Both the position numbers and the translations under genes were made by a program. A stretch of 64,000 nucleotides of DNA, from positions 32,798,001-32,862,000 of the forward strand of contig NC_083437.1 of assembly GCF_020745735.1 (NCBI RefSeq), in the 5' to 3' direction. The DNA is from Hemiscyllium ocellatum. Lineage: Eukaryota. The notes beneath the pieces are model-generated. The model was not told the DNA's origin. It ran no database searches and worked only from the letters and a program-made list of their open reading frames with translations. Below are positions 12,411-25,480 of the stretch, piece by piece (position 1 is the stretch's first letter; each line of letters begins with the position of its first letter).

Positions 12411-14845
12411 GTCAGAGAGTCATTGAGATGTACAGCATGGAAATAGACTCTTTGGTCCAACCCATCCATGCTGACTAGATATCCCAACTCAATCTAGTCT
12501 CACCTGCCAGCACCCGGCCCATATCCCTCCAAATCCTTCCTGTTCATATACCCATCTGGATGCCTTTTGAATGTTGCAATTGTACCAGCCTCCAACACTT
12601 CCTCTGGCAGCTCATTCCACATACGCACCACCCTCTATGTGAAAAATCGCCCCTTAGGACTCTTTTACATCTTTCCCCTCTCACCCTAAACCTATGCCCT
12701 TTACTTCTGGACTCCACCACCCCAGGGAAAACACCTTGTCTATTTACCCTATCCATGCCCTTCATGATTTTATAAATCTCTATAAGGTCACCCCTCAGCC
12801 TCCGATGCTCAAGGGAAAACAGCCCTAGCTTATTCAACCTTTCCCTATAGCTCAAATCCTCCAACTCTGGCAACATCTTTGTAAATCTTTTCTGAACACT
12901 TTCAAATTTCACAACATCATTCCAATTGGAAGGAGACCAGAATTGCACGCAATATTCCAGCAGTGGCCTAACCAATATTCTGTATAGCCGCAACATGACG
13001 TCTCAACTCCTGTACTCAATACTCTGACCAATAAAGGAAAGCATACCAAATGTCTTCTTCACTATCCTATCTACGTGTGACTCTACTTTCAAGGAGCTAT
13101 GAACCTGCACTCCAAGGTCTCTTTGTTCAGCAACACTCCCGAGGACCTTACCATTAAGTGTATAAGTCCTGCTAAGATTTGCTTTCCCGAAATGCACATG
13201 TCACATTTATCTAAATTAAATTCCATCTGCCACTCTTCAGCCCATTGGTCCATCTGGTCAAGATTCCGTTATAATCTGAGGTAACCCTCTTCGCTGTCCA
13301 CTACACCTCCAATTTTGGTGTCATCTGCAAACGTACTAACTATACCACTTATGCTTACATCCAAATCATTTACATAAATGACGAAAAGTAGTGGACCCAG
13401 CACCGATCCTTGTGGCACTTCACTGCTCACAGGCCTCCAATCTGAAAAACAATCCTCCACCACAACCCTCTGTCTTCTACCTTTGAGCCAGTTCTGTATT
13501 CAAGTGGCTAGTTCTCCCTGTATTCCATGAGATCTAACCTTGCTAATCAGTCTCCCATGGGAACCTTGTTGAACGCCTTACTGAAGTCCATATAGATCAC
13601 ATCTACTGCTCTGCCCTCATCAATCCTCTTTGTTACTTCTTCAAAAAACTCAATCAAGTTTGTGAGACATGATTTCCCATGCACAAAGCCATGTTGACTA
13701 TCCCTAATCAGTTCTTCCTTTCCAAATACATGTACATCCTGTCCCTCAGGATTCTCTCCAACAACTTGCCCACTACCGACGTCAGGCTCAGTGGTCAATA
13801 GTTCCCTGGCTTGTCCATACCACCCTTCTTAAACAATGGCACCACGTTTGCCAAACCTCCAGTCTTCCGGCACCTCACCTGTGACTATCGATGATACACA
13901 TATCTCAGCATGAGGCCTAGTAATCACTTCTCTAGCTTCCCACAGAGTTCTCGGGTACACCTGATCAGGTCCTGGGGATTTATCAACATTTATGTGTTTC
14001 AAGACATCCAGCACTTCCTCCTCTGTAATATGGACATTTTTCAACATGTCACCATCTATTTCCCCACATTCTGTATCTTCCATGTCCTTTTCCACAGTAA
14101 ATATTGGTGCAAAATACTCATTTAGTATCTCCCCCATCTCCTGCGGCTCTCACATAGGCCGCCTTGCTGATCTTTGAGGGGAAAGTGAGGACTGCAGATG
14201 CTGGAGATCAGAACTGAAAATGTGTTGGTGGAAAAGTGCAGCCGGTCAGGCAGCATTCAAGGAGCAGGAAAATCGACGTTTCGTGCATGAGCCCTTCTTC
14301 TGAAGAAGGGCTCATGCCCGAAACGTCGATTCTCCTGCTCCTTGGATGCTGCCTGACCTGCTGACCTTTGAGGGGCCCTATTTTGTCTGTAGTTCCTCAT
14401 TTGTCCTTAATGTATTTGTAAAAACCCTTTGGATTCTCCTCAACTCTATTTGCCAAAGGTATCTCATATCCTCTTTTTGCTCTCCTGATTTCCCTCTTTA
14501 GTTTTCTCCTACTGCCTTTATACTCTTATGAGGATTCACTTGATCTATTTTGTCTATACCTGACATATGCTTCCTTCTTTTTCTTAACCAACCCCTCAAT
14601 TTCTTTAGTCATCCAGCATTCTCCATACCTACCAACGTTCCCTTTCACATTAACAGGAATATAGTGTCTTTGGACTCTCGTTATCTCATTTCTGAAGGCT
14701 TCCCATTTTCCAGCTGTCCAATTACCTGTAAACATCTCAGGTTTTGAAAGTTATTGCCTAATACCATCGAAATTGGCCTTCCTCCAATTTAGAACTTGAA
14801 ATTTTATGTCTTGTCTATCTTTTTCCATCACTACTTTAAAACTAA
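12411..14845 (-). mobile_element. CR1 LINE ORF2/3' fragment, same subfamily as 26185-29900
   Basis: Minus-strand ORF pieces VPQGSVLGP..FADDTKI, QHGFVHGKSCLTNL and KSPGPDQVYPRTLWE, nearly identical to the + copy. Interrupted at 14182-14363 by a hairpin element. Confidence 0.95.
14182..14363. mobile_element. Fold-back hammerhead element (family A) inside CR1, 17-bp TSD
   Basis: Palindrome centred at 14301; CTGAAGA-A-GGGC(TCAT)GCCC-GAAA-CGTC at 14300-14327. TSD tgctga(t/c)ctttgagggg at 14165-14181 and 14359-14375. Confidence 0.85.
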
Positions 14846-14924
14846 TTGCAGAATGTTTGGCAGTACTGGTCAATATAAGCGTACATTTTTCTTCAAATAG
14901 CCATGGACATATGTTTTTTAAATT

Positions 14925-15255
14925 CTTCCATGGGGCGAGGGTGTCTCTGGTTAGGTCAATATGTATTACCATCTCTAATTGCCCAAAGAACAGTTGGTCA
15001 GTGACATTGCTGTGGTTCTGGAGTTACATGTAGGTCAGACCAGGTAAGGATGGCAGTCTCTTTCCCTAAAGGACATTAATGAACCAGATGGATTTTCCAA
15101 CAATAGGCAAACGATTCATGGCCATCATTAGACTCTTAATTCCAGATTTTTGTTTCATTGATTTCAAATTCAGATTTGAACTTAGCTCTCCAAAACATTA
15201 CCTGGTCTCTGGATTAAGAGTCCAGCGATAATAGCACTAGGTTATCACTTCCCCT
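14925..15255 (-). mobile_element. Second SINE family sharing its 3' end with the 70-850 LINE; other copies at 5870-6440(+) and 55250-55580(+)
   Basis: Shared segment ttacctggtctg(a/g)cctacatgt(g/a)actccaga..cacagcaatgt in all three copies. Confidence 0.65.
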
Positions 15256-16483
15256 TAAATTTCTATAAGCAGGTGATTAATTTTAATATCTCATCTGAAG
15301 GACGGCACTTCTGAAAATGCAGCCCTTTCCTCAAAGCTGCACTACGACGACAGCCTAAACTAAACAACTTAAGGCCTAGAGAGACATTTTAACCCCCAAT
15401 CTTCGGATTCAGTGGTAAGCCCACAATAAACTGGGTCAAGTTAAGCCAGACAATGATGGGCAAAAGATGATGTTTCAAGATTTCTTTTCCCGACATGAAA
15501 TCTTAAAGAGCCATATCTAAATTTGTACACAAACAAGTCGAAGGATAATCTCCATCAACTGCTGGTCAGACTTTAGAAACGTTTGAAGGTATTAAATGTG
15601 ATTGCTTAAATTGAAGTGAGTACCAGTGTACGCCTTGTACGCTAAATTGACTGGTTTTGGTGAGAAAGTGGGTGCAACTATTAATGTGGCTGTCTTAAGT
15701 CCCCAACCGCAAACTGTAAAAACCGCAGGCACAATAATAAACTTCTTGAGCTCAGAAAGCCCTTTAAAACAATCCATTTATTGTTCAGGACATGTTCTTT
15801 TTAAAAGTTCTGCAACTTCCTATTATCAAATAAAATGAAATTAGATAGTATGCAAGAATGTGTAATTTTTTTCTTATAATTTGGTTGTGCAGCACCTTTT
15901 AAAAATTAATCAGTGCAACTTCTCAATCTACCATAATGTGGGGCTCGTAACTGGGAGATGGTGAAGTTGCCACGGAAGCTGTAGCAATAGCCTCAGTACA
16001 GAAAAGACGTCAAGGACAAGGAAAATAGCAGAAATTGATTTGAAATAAGTTCCATGTGTATAAAGGCTCTCAGCTTTAAACCGACATTTTGTTGTCAGTC
16101 TGAGATTAACTGTCATGGGGTAAGACCCAGAGAGGTATCAACGTGGATCTATGCAAGAATGGGCCACATCAACAGTTTCACAAAGCTTCAAACCTCCTGT
16201 GAGAAAATATCCACTAAACTGGAAATACTTCATCTTCTTCTGAGAGTCACTCAGTGAATCCACCAGTGTTACCCCGCTTGAGTTGGGCAGCAAGTCTGAG
16301 GGCCTCTGAAACAACTCAAAGATAGGTGTCAGACTGTGTAATGGAGTTCTGAGAGTAACTCTCGTGAGCCTGGGAAGTAGCCTGAGGACATGTGAAAAAT
16401 ATCCCAAGTAGTGATGAAACAAGAAAGCAGGGAAACGTGCCAAGACCCGAAACCTTCAGTCAGGAGGCGATGGGTTACATGAT

Positions 16484-16775
16484 GACAATAGACAATAGAC
16501 AATAGACAATAGGTGCAGGAGTAGGCCATTCTGCCCTTTGAGCCTGCACCACCATTCAATATGATCATGGCTGATCATCCTTAATCAGTATCCTGTTCCT
16601 GCCTTATCTCCATAACCCTTGATTCCACTATCCTTGAGAGCTCTATCCAACTCTTTCTTAAATGAATCCAGAGACTGGGCCTCCACTGCCCTCTGGGGCA
16701 GAGCATTCCACACAGCCACCACTCTCTGGGTGAAGAAGTTTCTCCTCATCTCTGTCCTAAATAGTCTACCCCGTC
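16484..16775 (-). mobile_element. CR1 LINE 3' end with (ATTGTCT)n tail
   Basis: FRTEMRRNFFTQRVVAVWNALP; agacaat repeats at 16484-16511. Confidence 0.9.
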
Positions 16776-17163
16776 TACCCCAATGAATCCTCAAAGGTCT
16801 GGTTCAGCAGCCCCCATATAGAGCAACAACTCAAGGAAGTGAATTATCTGATTGAGACCCCAGATTGGGGGATAAAACAGGAACTGTAATATGTCATCAT
16901 GATTAAGCAATACCACTACTGAGAGGGGACATGTGGAAACAGTCTGCCCCATTGTCACCAGCTTAGGAGCTGAGGGTATCAATGGGGATGAATTGGAGGG
17001 AGGTATGGGTCAGGCCCACACTGACCCCCTATCACCTCCTTAATCGATATAGAAACAAATAATGCAATGAGCTTACAATCCTTATTTACACATCTAGGTG
17101 CAGGACAGTGTGCAGACTTCATGAATTGCATTCAGGGGTTTGTGCAGAGACAAAGCAGGGCTG

Positions 17164-17692
17164 GCGTACTGTGAACAGTTTTGGTTCCCCTATTTAAGGA
17201 AGGATATTTCATTGGAGGTACTTCAGAGAAGGTTCACGAGGATCATCCCCAGTATGGAGGGATTGTTTTATGAACAAGGGTTAAACAAGTTGGGACTCCA
17301 CTCACTGGAGTTTAAGAGAATGAGAGGTGATCCCATTGAAACGTATAGGATTTTTCAGGGACTTGACAGGGTAAATACTGAGAGAATCTCATGGGAGACT
17401 CTGGGATCAGATGACGTTGTCTCAAAATTAAGGGACACCAGTTTCAGACTGAGATGAGAGGCAATCTCTTCTTCCAGAAGGCAGTGAGTGTTTGGAACTC
17501 CTTGCCACAAAGAGTTCTGAGGCCTGAGTCCTCGTAAATATTTAAGGCCAATGTAGATAGATACTTGATCAGTTGGGGAATCATGGGGAAAGGGCAGGAA
17601 GTGGATGTGAGGAGTGTCAGATCACTCATGATCCCATTGAAGGGTGGAGCAAGCTTGAGCTGAATGGCCCATTCCTGTTCCTATTTCTGATG
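17164..17692 (+). mobile_element. CR1 LINE 3' end
   Basis: YCEQFWFPYLRKDI..QRRFTRIIP..LHSLEFKRMRGDPIETY. Confidence 0.9.
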
Positions 17693-18765
17693 GTCAGACG
17701 TTACCTCCCAGCTCTGCATTATGGGGATTTGGGAGAGGTCCCATTGAGGAAACAAAAGCTGGCCTATGTTTGGGGTGATGATTAACTACACACTAGAGCT
17801 CCAATGAATAGGGGCTGGTAGTAGGAGTTGGAGCTCCCCAGTTATGCTCACATCTAAGCCCAACCTCCACAAGGCTCTACATTGATGAACAAAAAGCTAC
17901 TGCGGTCATCAGAGCTAACTCTGCCTCAATACTTCAGCTGGAAAATTGCACAGATAATGGTAGGTAAAGCTGCCTCCATTATCGAGACAGATTTACTGAA
18001 AGTGTACTCACAGGTTCCCTTCATGGCCGGTGCTAGGGAAATCTCTGCCTTTGTATCTCCTCACGGATTATACCAGGATTCAGTTATGCCATTCAGACTC
18101 TGATGAACCGGATAGTGGCAGATTGATCGAATTGCTTACTGTACCCAGAGGACATCCCAGTGCATACTGACTCCTGAAAAATGCACTTTGCAAAACTGGA
18201 AGCCCTTTTCTGGAAGTTATCATCAGCCAATCTAGTGGTCAATCTCTCAAGCAGTCTTTGGTAAGGCCTAGGTGATCTATCCAGGGAACAGTCAGTCAAT
18301 GGTCAGGGCTGCAAAGATAGGAGTTGTACCACAGTTCCCCATTCCCCACACAAACTGGGGAATCATGAAATTCTTGTGAATATATGCATTTTACTGACAG
18401 CGCACCAGAGAAGACCTATATTAGAAAATAGCATGCATAGTATGAGCTGAGTGGGCCCAGTGTGGACTCATGGTAGAAGATTTCAGTAAAGCGGAATTGG
18501 CAGAGGGGCGAGCACGAGACCCTTTATTGGGATTGGCAGCTGCTGCATTGGCAAAGGTGACATGGTAAGGTAGGCCCAGTGGCAAAAGATGGCGCCTGAG
18601 GATTGATGACTTTGATGTTGGTTGGGTCTGGTGCTGGCCACAGTGATGCACTGGTGGAATGGGCATTGCGCGGTGATGTTGGTGGAGAAGACAGCCATTG
18701 TGGTCAATGTTGGAATCAGAGGTCTGGGGCTTCAGCTGTGGTGATGCGGTAGGCCCAATTTGTGA

Positions 18766-19037
18766 TAGAACATAGAAAAAATACAGCGCAGTACAGGCCC
18801 TTTGGTCCTCGATGTTGCACCGATCCAAGCCCACCTAACCTACACTAGCCCACTTTCCTCCATATGCCTATCCAATGCCCGTTTAAATGCCCATAAAGAG
18901 GGAGAGTCCATCACTGTTACTGGCAGGGCATTCCATGAACTCACAACTTGCTGAGTAAAGAATCTACCCCTAACATCAGTCCTATACCTACCACCCCTTA
19001 ATTTAAAGCTATGTCCCCTCGTAATAGCTGACTCCAA
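18766..19037 (-). mobile_element. CR1 LINE 3' end
   Basis: TRGHSFKLRGGRYRTDVRGRFFTQQVVSSWNALP; tagaacatagaa tail. Confidence 0.9.
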
Positions 19038-19749
19038 TGTTGGGGCGTTGCTGAGAATCCCCTCCCACATCCCAATGTCAAGTAGAGTACAAGATGGGAG
19101 GAAGATGAGTTCTGTTTTGACTTATATTTAAGTCTTATCATAATTGCATTCTTATATCTTAGTATCTTCTATAAGTCAAATTCGCGCTGGAGTGTGGTGA
19201 CATGTTACACATTTCACCGTATTTATTTGTTAAATTACAAATGATAATGAATCACTCAATTCAAAACAGTTCAGTTCAACTGAGAAATGTCCAACTGCTT
19301 TTGAAATGGTGAAGGCGATTTTAACAAGCCAGCCTGTGTTTGTAACTCCAAATTATAAACAAATGCTTAAAGTAGCCATCAATGTGAATGACACTGGGCT
19401 AGTGTCTGTCCTCCGTCAGAAAGCTGCATCCTGAATAGAGAGACAAATAGTTTTCGAGAAAACTAAACCAACATCGGAGACTCAGTAGAAAAGGAGGCTC
19501 TCAGTTTATTACTGGCTCTCAAACACTTGAGACAGATGCACAGACAGACCACCATCAAGATTGACCACAACCTGTTAACTTTTGTAGAAACATTTATGAC
19601 CCAGAAATCTACATTCTTGCCACCGCAGTTTATTTCTTCTACTGTACCAACTGAAAAGCATCCACTTTGTTGGCAAATCAAATGTGATTACAAACACCCT
19701 GTCAACAGGTTAGACAGACTGATGACAGTGAGGGGGTGTGCAGGAAGTG

Positions 19750-20560
19750 GTGTGTGTGTATGTGTGTGTGTGTGCCTGTCTGTATGTNNNNNNNNNNNNN
19801 NNNNNNNNNNNNNNNNNNNNNNNNNNNNNNNNNNNNNNNNNNNNNNNNNNNNNNNNNNNNNNNNNNNNNNNNNNNNNNNNNNNNNNNNNNNNNNNNNNNN
19901 NNNNNNNNNNNNNNNNNNNNNNNNNNNNNNNNNNNNNNNNNNNNNNNNNNNNNNNNNNNNNNNNNNNNNNNNNNNNNNNNNNNNNNNNNNNNNNNNNNNN
20001 NNNNNNNNNNNNNNNNNNNNNNNNNNNNNNNNNNNNNNNNNNNNNNNNNNNNNNNNNNNNNNNNNNNNNNNNNNNNNNNGTGTGCGTGTGCCTGTCTGTA
20101 TCTGTGTTTGCGTGTATGTATGTGTGTGCCNNNNNNNNNNNNNNNNNNNNNNNNNNNNNNNNNNNNNNNNNNNNNNNNNNNNNNNNNNNNNNNNNNNNNN
20201 NNNNNNNNNNNNNNNNNNNNNNNNNNNNNNNNNNNNNNNNNNNNNNNNNNNNNNNNNNNNNNNNNNNNNNNNNNNNTGTCTGTATCTGTGTCTGTGTGTG
20301 TGTGTATGTGTCTGTCTGCATCTGTGTGTGCGTGTGCCTGTCTGTATCTGTGTTTGCGTGTATGTATGTGTGTGCCNNNNNNNNNNNNNNNNNNNNNNNN
20401 NNNNNNNNNNNNNNNNNNNNNNNNNNNNNNNNNNNNNNNNNNNNNNNNNNNNNNNNNNNNNNNNNNNNNNNNNNNNNNNNNNNNNNNNNNNNNNNNNNNN
20501 NNNNNNNNNNNNNNNNNNNNNNNNNNNNNNNNNNNNNNNNNNNNNNNNNNNNNNNNNNNN
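19750..20560. repeat. GT-rich simple-repeat tract with three assembly gaps (N at 19788-20079, 20131-20276, 20377-20560)
   Basis: (GT)n/gtct-rich sequence and N runs; an identical 51-mer occurs at 20080-20130 and 20326-20376. Confidence 0.95.
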
Positions 20561-20782
20561 CATTTCTTTTGTGATGTGAGGAAGTGTCATGACCGCAGGT
20601 TAGAATCCTAAAGTACTGTGGACATTTTTAACTTATAATTCCAAAATAAGATACTAAAATTCCTCTAAACTTTAACATTCAAGTTTCTCACAACCTAAGA
20701 TATATTGTTTTTCTAATATTACAACCAACGTGGATGACTTTCCCACAATGTCCATCACTTTCTTGCCACTCCCCTACCTAAA

Positions 20783-21565
20783 TAAGACTGTAAGACCATA
20801 AGACATAGGAGTGGAAGTAAGGCCATTCGGTCCATCGAGTCCACTCCTCCATTCAATCATGGCTGATGGGCATTTCAACTCCACTTACCCACATTCTCCC
20901 CGTAGCCCTTAATTCCTTGTGACATCAAGAATTTATCAATCTCTGCCTTGAAGACATTTAGCGTCCCGGCCTCCACAGCACTCTGCGGCAATGAATTCCA
21001 CAGGCCCACCACTCTCTGGCTGAAGAAATGTCTCCGCATTTCTGTTCTGAATTTACTCCCTCTAATTCTAAGGCTGTGTCCACGGGTCCTAGTCTCCTCG
21101 CCTAATGGAAACAATTTCATAGTGTCCACCCTTTCCAAGCCATGTATTATCTTGTAAGTTTCTATTAGATCTCCCCTTAATCTTCTAAACTCCAATGAAT
21201 ACAATCCCAGGATACTTAGCCGTTCTTCATATGTTAGACCTACCATTCCAGGGATCATCCGTGTGAATCTCCGCTAGACACGCTCCAGTGCCAGTATGTC
21301 CTTCCTGAGGTGTGGGGACCAAAACTGGACACAATACTCCAAATGGGGCCTAACCAGACCTTTATAAAGTCTCAGTAGCACAACGGTGCTTTTATATTCC
21401 AACCCTCTTGAGATAAATGACAACATTGCATTTGCTTTCTTAATCACAGACTCAACCTGCATGTTTACCTTTAGAGAATCCTCGACTAGCACTCCCAGAT
21501 CCCTTTGTACTTTGGCTTTATGAATTTTCTCACCATTTAGAAAGTAATCCATGCTTGTATTCCTT
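20783..21565 (-). mobile_element. CR1 LINE 3' ~780 bp
   Basis: QRDLGVLV..LVRPHLEYCVQFWSPHLRKD and LGLYSLEFRRLRGDLIETYK; taagaccataagac tail. Confidence 0.92.
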
Positions 21566-21869
21566 TTCACTTTCCTCACAGTTTACTTTCCCACTTAACT
21601 TTGGTCATTAAATTATTTGTAAGTAGCTGAAGTTCCAGCACAGATCCTTCTGGTTTCTCACTACTAGCACCTTGCCAATCCCAATGGCTCATTTATTTCT
21701 ACTTCTTGTCCATTGTAATATATTGTCCTGATGTCATGAGCCCTTATCTTATAAGCATTGTGCTTGGGAAGGATAAATTGACCAAAGCTTTCATTCCTGA
21801 TCATTATCTAGTGACTCTTTATGGATGGGTCTATGGAGGAAAGATCTTACTAGATGGTAGTGGACCTCG

Positions 21870-22087
21870 TGATTGGGATCAGATGGACCTTGTTGATTAC
21901 AAGGTTCTTGATTGATGTTGTTAATCTGGGCCAATAAGGAAAGCCCTGGCTGACCAATATAACCAGGAGATTAGAATCTCCTCAGTTGAGGATTGACGCT
22001 GAGCTGGCTGGGTACAGCCAGTGTACTGTATACTAGTAAATAAAGGGTGACTTGGTGATGTGACCTAGCCTCTGTGCAGTTATTTCA
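21870..22087 (+). mobile_element. Solo LTR, same family as 3141-3354 (5' end uncertain)
   Basis: gtaaataaagggtgacttggtgatg...ctgtgcagttatttca is shared with 3308-3354. Confidence 0.7.
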
Positions 22088-24569
22088 AAGCTACAAGCCA
22101 CTGAAGCTGAGGCAAAGACTTAGTCATTGACAATATTCAAAACAGATCAATAGATTTCTCAATATTAAAGATATCTAAGGTTATGAGGATAGTGTGGGAC
22201 AATGATGTTGAGGTATACAATCAGCTGTGATCAGGTTGACTGTCAGAGTTCTCTCAAGGGGCTGAATGGCCTTCTTCGGCTTCTATTTCCTACGCTCCCA
22301 ATGCCCACATGGCGAAACATTTATGGGAGATCTTGTTAATGTTCCACAAAATATTGAAATTATGGTTAGTTTTGTTCTCAATATATCTACCAACAACTCA
22401 TTTATTTTATGCTTTCTGGTCCATTAAACCCTTCTCTGAATGTGGATGCACAATGTAAGAAATAAATTCACTACCCCGCCATCCAGGATTCTTAATAACT
22501 AAGCAGTGGCTTTATAAACGATTAGGTACATCACAAAGAAATCACTTGGAAGTACATGCACAAACCGTTTATGTGATCTTTCAAGAAACAAACCAACTAG
22601 CAACCGAGTCCTAAGGAAATCTTCCAAACGATTCATTGAGAAACAATGAACTACAGTGCTGGGCATTAATGCTGTTTTTTTTTGCATGTAATCCCCACAT
22701 TGTGATCATATTGTACGTTACTGAGGGATTGCTTCATTGAATTAATAACAGCTAATGCTGCAAAGAAAGACTTAGTCACAGAGCTGAAACAGTTTTTTTA
22801 TATATGCAAAGCTTACTATTAAATGAGGAAGTAAAAGAAAGCAGGCAGTAGGTTGCAATGTAATAAATTTGGGTGAATTTGAAATTTGACCCTGTGCTTG
22901 TTATTCTATAAAATGTTGTACTTTCATTTGGTCTTTTCTGTTTTAACGAGAAGTGACATTGGGTTGGCAATGGTCATTCTTCCAACCAAAACCATCAGAA
23001 GGCAAGAAACGGGCCATTTGCGTTGTTTTCTCTCCTTGCTGCAGTTAAAATTGCTTCTGCCTTTTCCTCTATGTTTGGATTGAAATGCAACTATGCACAA
23101 AGGTCTGTCCTATTCTGCATATGACCCCCACAATAAAGCACACTCCCTGGAGGTGGACACCTTAAACCTCATTTCAGTGGAGTCCCCGTGTTGAACACAG
23201 TTCTGTTGTACACTGGAAACAGAATATTAGAAACAGAGCTGAATTTTTTAAAAAAGGCAAATCTGCTGAGCCATGAGCTATCTCTGAAAAATGAAGATTA
23301 GAGTCACAACATTGTTCAAGAGAAAATGGCTGCAGCTTTTTCCCATACAAACTCTTCTTCAAGTGTTGGAGGCATGCGGCAAAAATGGGAATTCTTCCAA
23401 GGATAGTGGCGGAATTATGCAATAGCTGTGGATTTGTTGAACAAGCCAGATAAAGTAGAAGTCACTACACTGTTTCACACTGTTAGGAAAAGAATATTTC
23501 AAAATATATTCTATACTAAATCCCTTTTCGCTGTAGCTTTGGATCAACCTGAAGATATGGAAAGGTGCTATGTAAATGTATTTTGTTGTTTCTCGCAATT
23601 TGATCCACATACTCTTATGTGGCCAGAAGTGAGGTGTGACGCAGTTGAACCAATTCCCATTTTAAGGATATGGCAATCTGAAGAATGGAGTGGATATGAA
23701 GTAGTGGAGAAAGGAATAGAAGTTTCTTTTCATTAAGATTTTGGTCACATGCTGATAAAGGAAAGGCAGATTTTCAAATGACACATATTTTAATAGGAAA
23801 TAGGCTTTTAATGTGGGCTCCTCCCAGTCTGTCTTCAATAATTCTTTCTTTTTGTATTTGCTGTTTTATAAGTTTATTATTCCTGTTGCAAAATGATGGT
23901 AGAATTTGTTTTATGTATTAAAAGTACTTCTGCCTTATTGAATACCTAATTTCTGTTAGAAATTGGGATAAAGGCTGCCTCCAATTGTAAGTGGGTTGTT
24001 GTGCTTAGTTGTAAAAAGTTCCAAAGGATCTCGGGTAACATTAATTAAGGAGCATCAGTGCTGGGACAAAATTATGCCACAACTCTGCTGAAGTCCCAAG
24101 CCCAGACTTGTTGGAAGAGGAGAGAGGAAATGTGAGACAGCGAGAGAGAAAGATTAAAGAGCCATATTCTCACACCTACTAAGAGGCATGGTAACAGATC
24201 GATCAGTCCCAATTGTGTCCTCAGCTGCAGGGGGGCAATGGGATTCAGGAAGTCAAAAGGGAGGCAAAAGAATTGCAAAACGCATTACCCATAACAAATA
24301 CAAGAAACTCCATCGGGTGCCAACTAGTCGAACAGTTCCAACTATTGACAAACCTGAGGATTTGTTCAGTGGTGAATTGGATCGGAGAATTGCCAGGAAA
24401 GTGCCACAGCCAGTATTGTAGAACATTTGAATATTATTGTCACTGATGTCTCCAGTCAGGCAATGTTCCACAAGACAGATACTCTCAAGTGACTCCCAAA
24501 GGGAGGAATACTTTGAATGAACAAAGGTTATTTCTCACAGATATTTACTTGAATAATTATCTCAAATGG

Positions 24570-24860
24570 GACTGAGTAAAGCACCAGCACTGTTTTCTCA
24601 CCTATGTGTTTGAATCCAGCTCTGACTGGTGAGTGAGTCCACCCTGTCAGCTGATAGAATCTCAATGGAAATGAGCTTAGGGTGGACTCAATCCAGCCAG
24701 TACTGGCACAGGCTCAGAACAGAACAGTCACTAGAAGTGGTTACTAATTGGCTCTCTCACTCCTTAAGGGCAGGAGGATATGTCTTATGTCGGAAATGGC
24801 AATGCCAAAGCGATTTTGCCAGCTCAGCTTTAAGGCAAGACTATGGATCAGAGTAGACGG
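24570..24860 (+). mobile_element. LF-SINE-like ancient SINE relic
   Basis: tttgaatccagc B-box-like motif, then gaaatgag..ggtgg.ctca.tccag...ta.tgg.acagg and actaattggc.c.ct, resembling the LF-SINE core as recalled. Confidence 0.5.
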
Positions 24861-25263
24861 TTTCATCCTAGTGTTCACAATATTAAAACTAGTTGCATTA
24901 CATTTTTCAACCAGTAATATCACATTAAAACAGCATAAGGACACAGTTTGTTATATTAAAGGTAGTATATAAATGTAGAATTTATGTTTTAAAACCAGGA
25001 CCTGCAAAGAAATCTCATATAATCTCCAAGATCATATGATTTCTGTCTGTCCACAGCCAGGAATTCTGTACATGATGAGCATATATTGAGAATTTAGATT
25101 ATTTTTTGCATTTGCTGTCATTCTTTCTCTTTCTGTGTATTAGTTCCTGTTGGCAGTTGACATTGTTTGCAGAAATTTGAACAGAAAGTGATTAGGAGTA
25201 GTTTCAATTTACACCTAGAGTTTCTTGCAGTTAAGACTTGCAAAGCGTTTCTCAGTTTTGTTG

Positions 25264-25480
25264 TGATTTGGAGATGCCGGTGTTGGACCGGGGTGTACAA
25301 AGTTAAAAATCACACAACACCAGATTATAGTCCAACAGGTTTAATTGGAAGCACTAACTTTCGGAGTGCTGCTCCTTCATCAGGTGGTCCACAAACACCT
25401 AATGAAGGAGCGTCGCTCCGAAAGCTACTGCTTCCAATTAAACCTATTGGACTATAGTCTGGTGCTGTGTGATTTTTAAC
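25264..25480. mobile_element. Fold-back hammerhead element (family B), 13-bp TSD
   Basis: Inverted arms; TSD ctcagttttgttg at 25251-25263 and 25480-25492. Each hammerhead copy carries a substitution in the core or stem III. Confidence 0.82.

Larger units (their letters stand above)
16050..19715 (+). mobile_element. Fragmented Ty3/Gypsy pol relic with INT-RT-RNaseH order (Gmr1-like)
   Basis: Integrase remnants at 16150-16470 (ESTSVTPLEL, V*GPLKQLKD, QVVMKQ, KRAKTRNLQSGGD) and 16790-16920 (VNYLIETPD..IMIKQYH). RT at 17700-18400 (WSSPVMLTSKPN, VGKAASIIETDLLKVYSQVP..AREISAFVSPHGLYQDSVMPFRL). RNase H at 19280-19710 (AFEMVKAILTSQPV, SVEKEALSLLLALKHL, IDHNLLTF, GKSNVITNTLS). Confidence 0.85.

Noticed and set aside
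19527-20611. Long 200-350 aa ORFs in the ORF track
   Set aside because: Artefacts of N gaps and GT repeats. The duplicated 51-mer between gaps is probably an assembly artefact.
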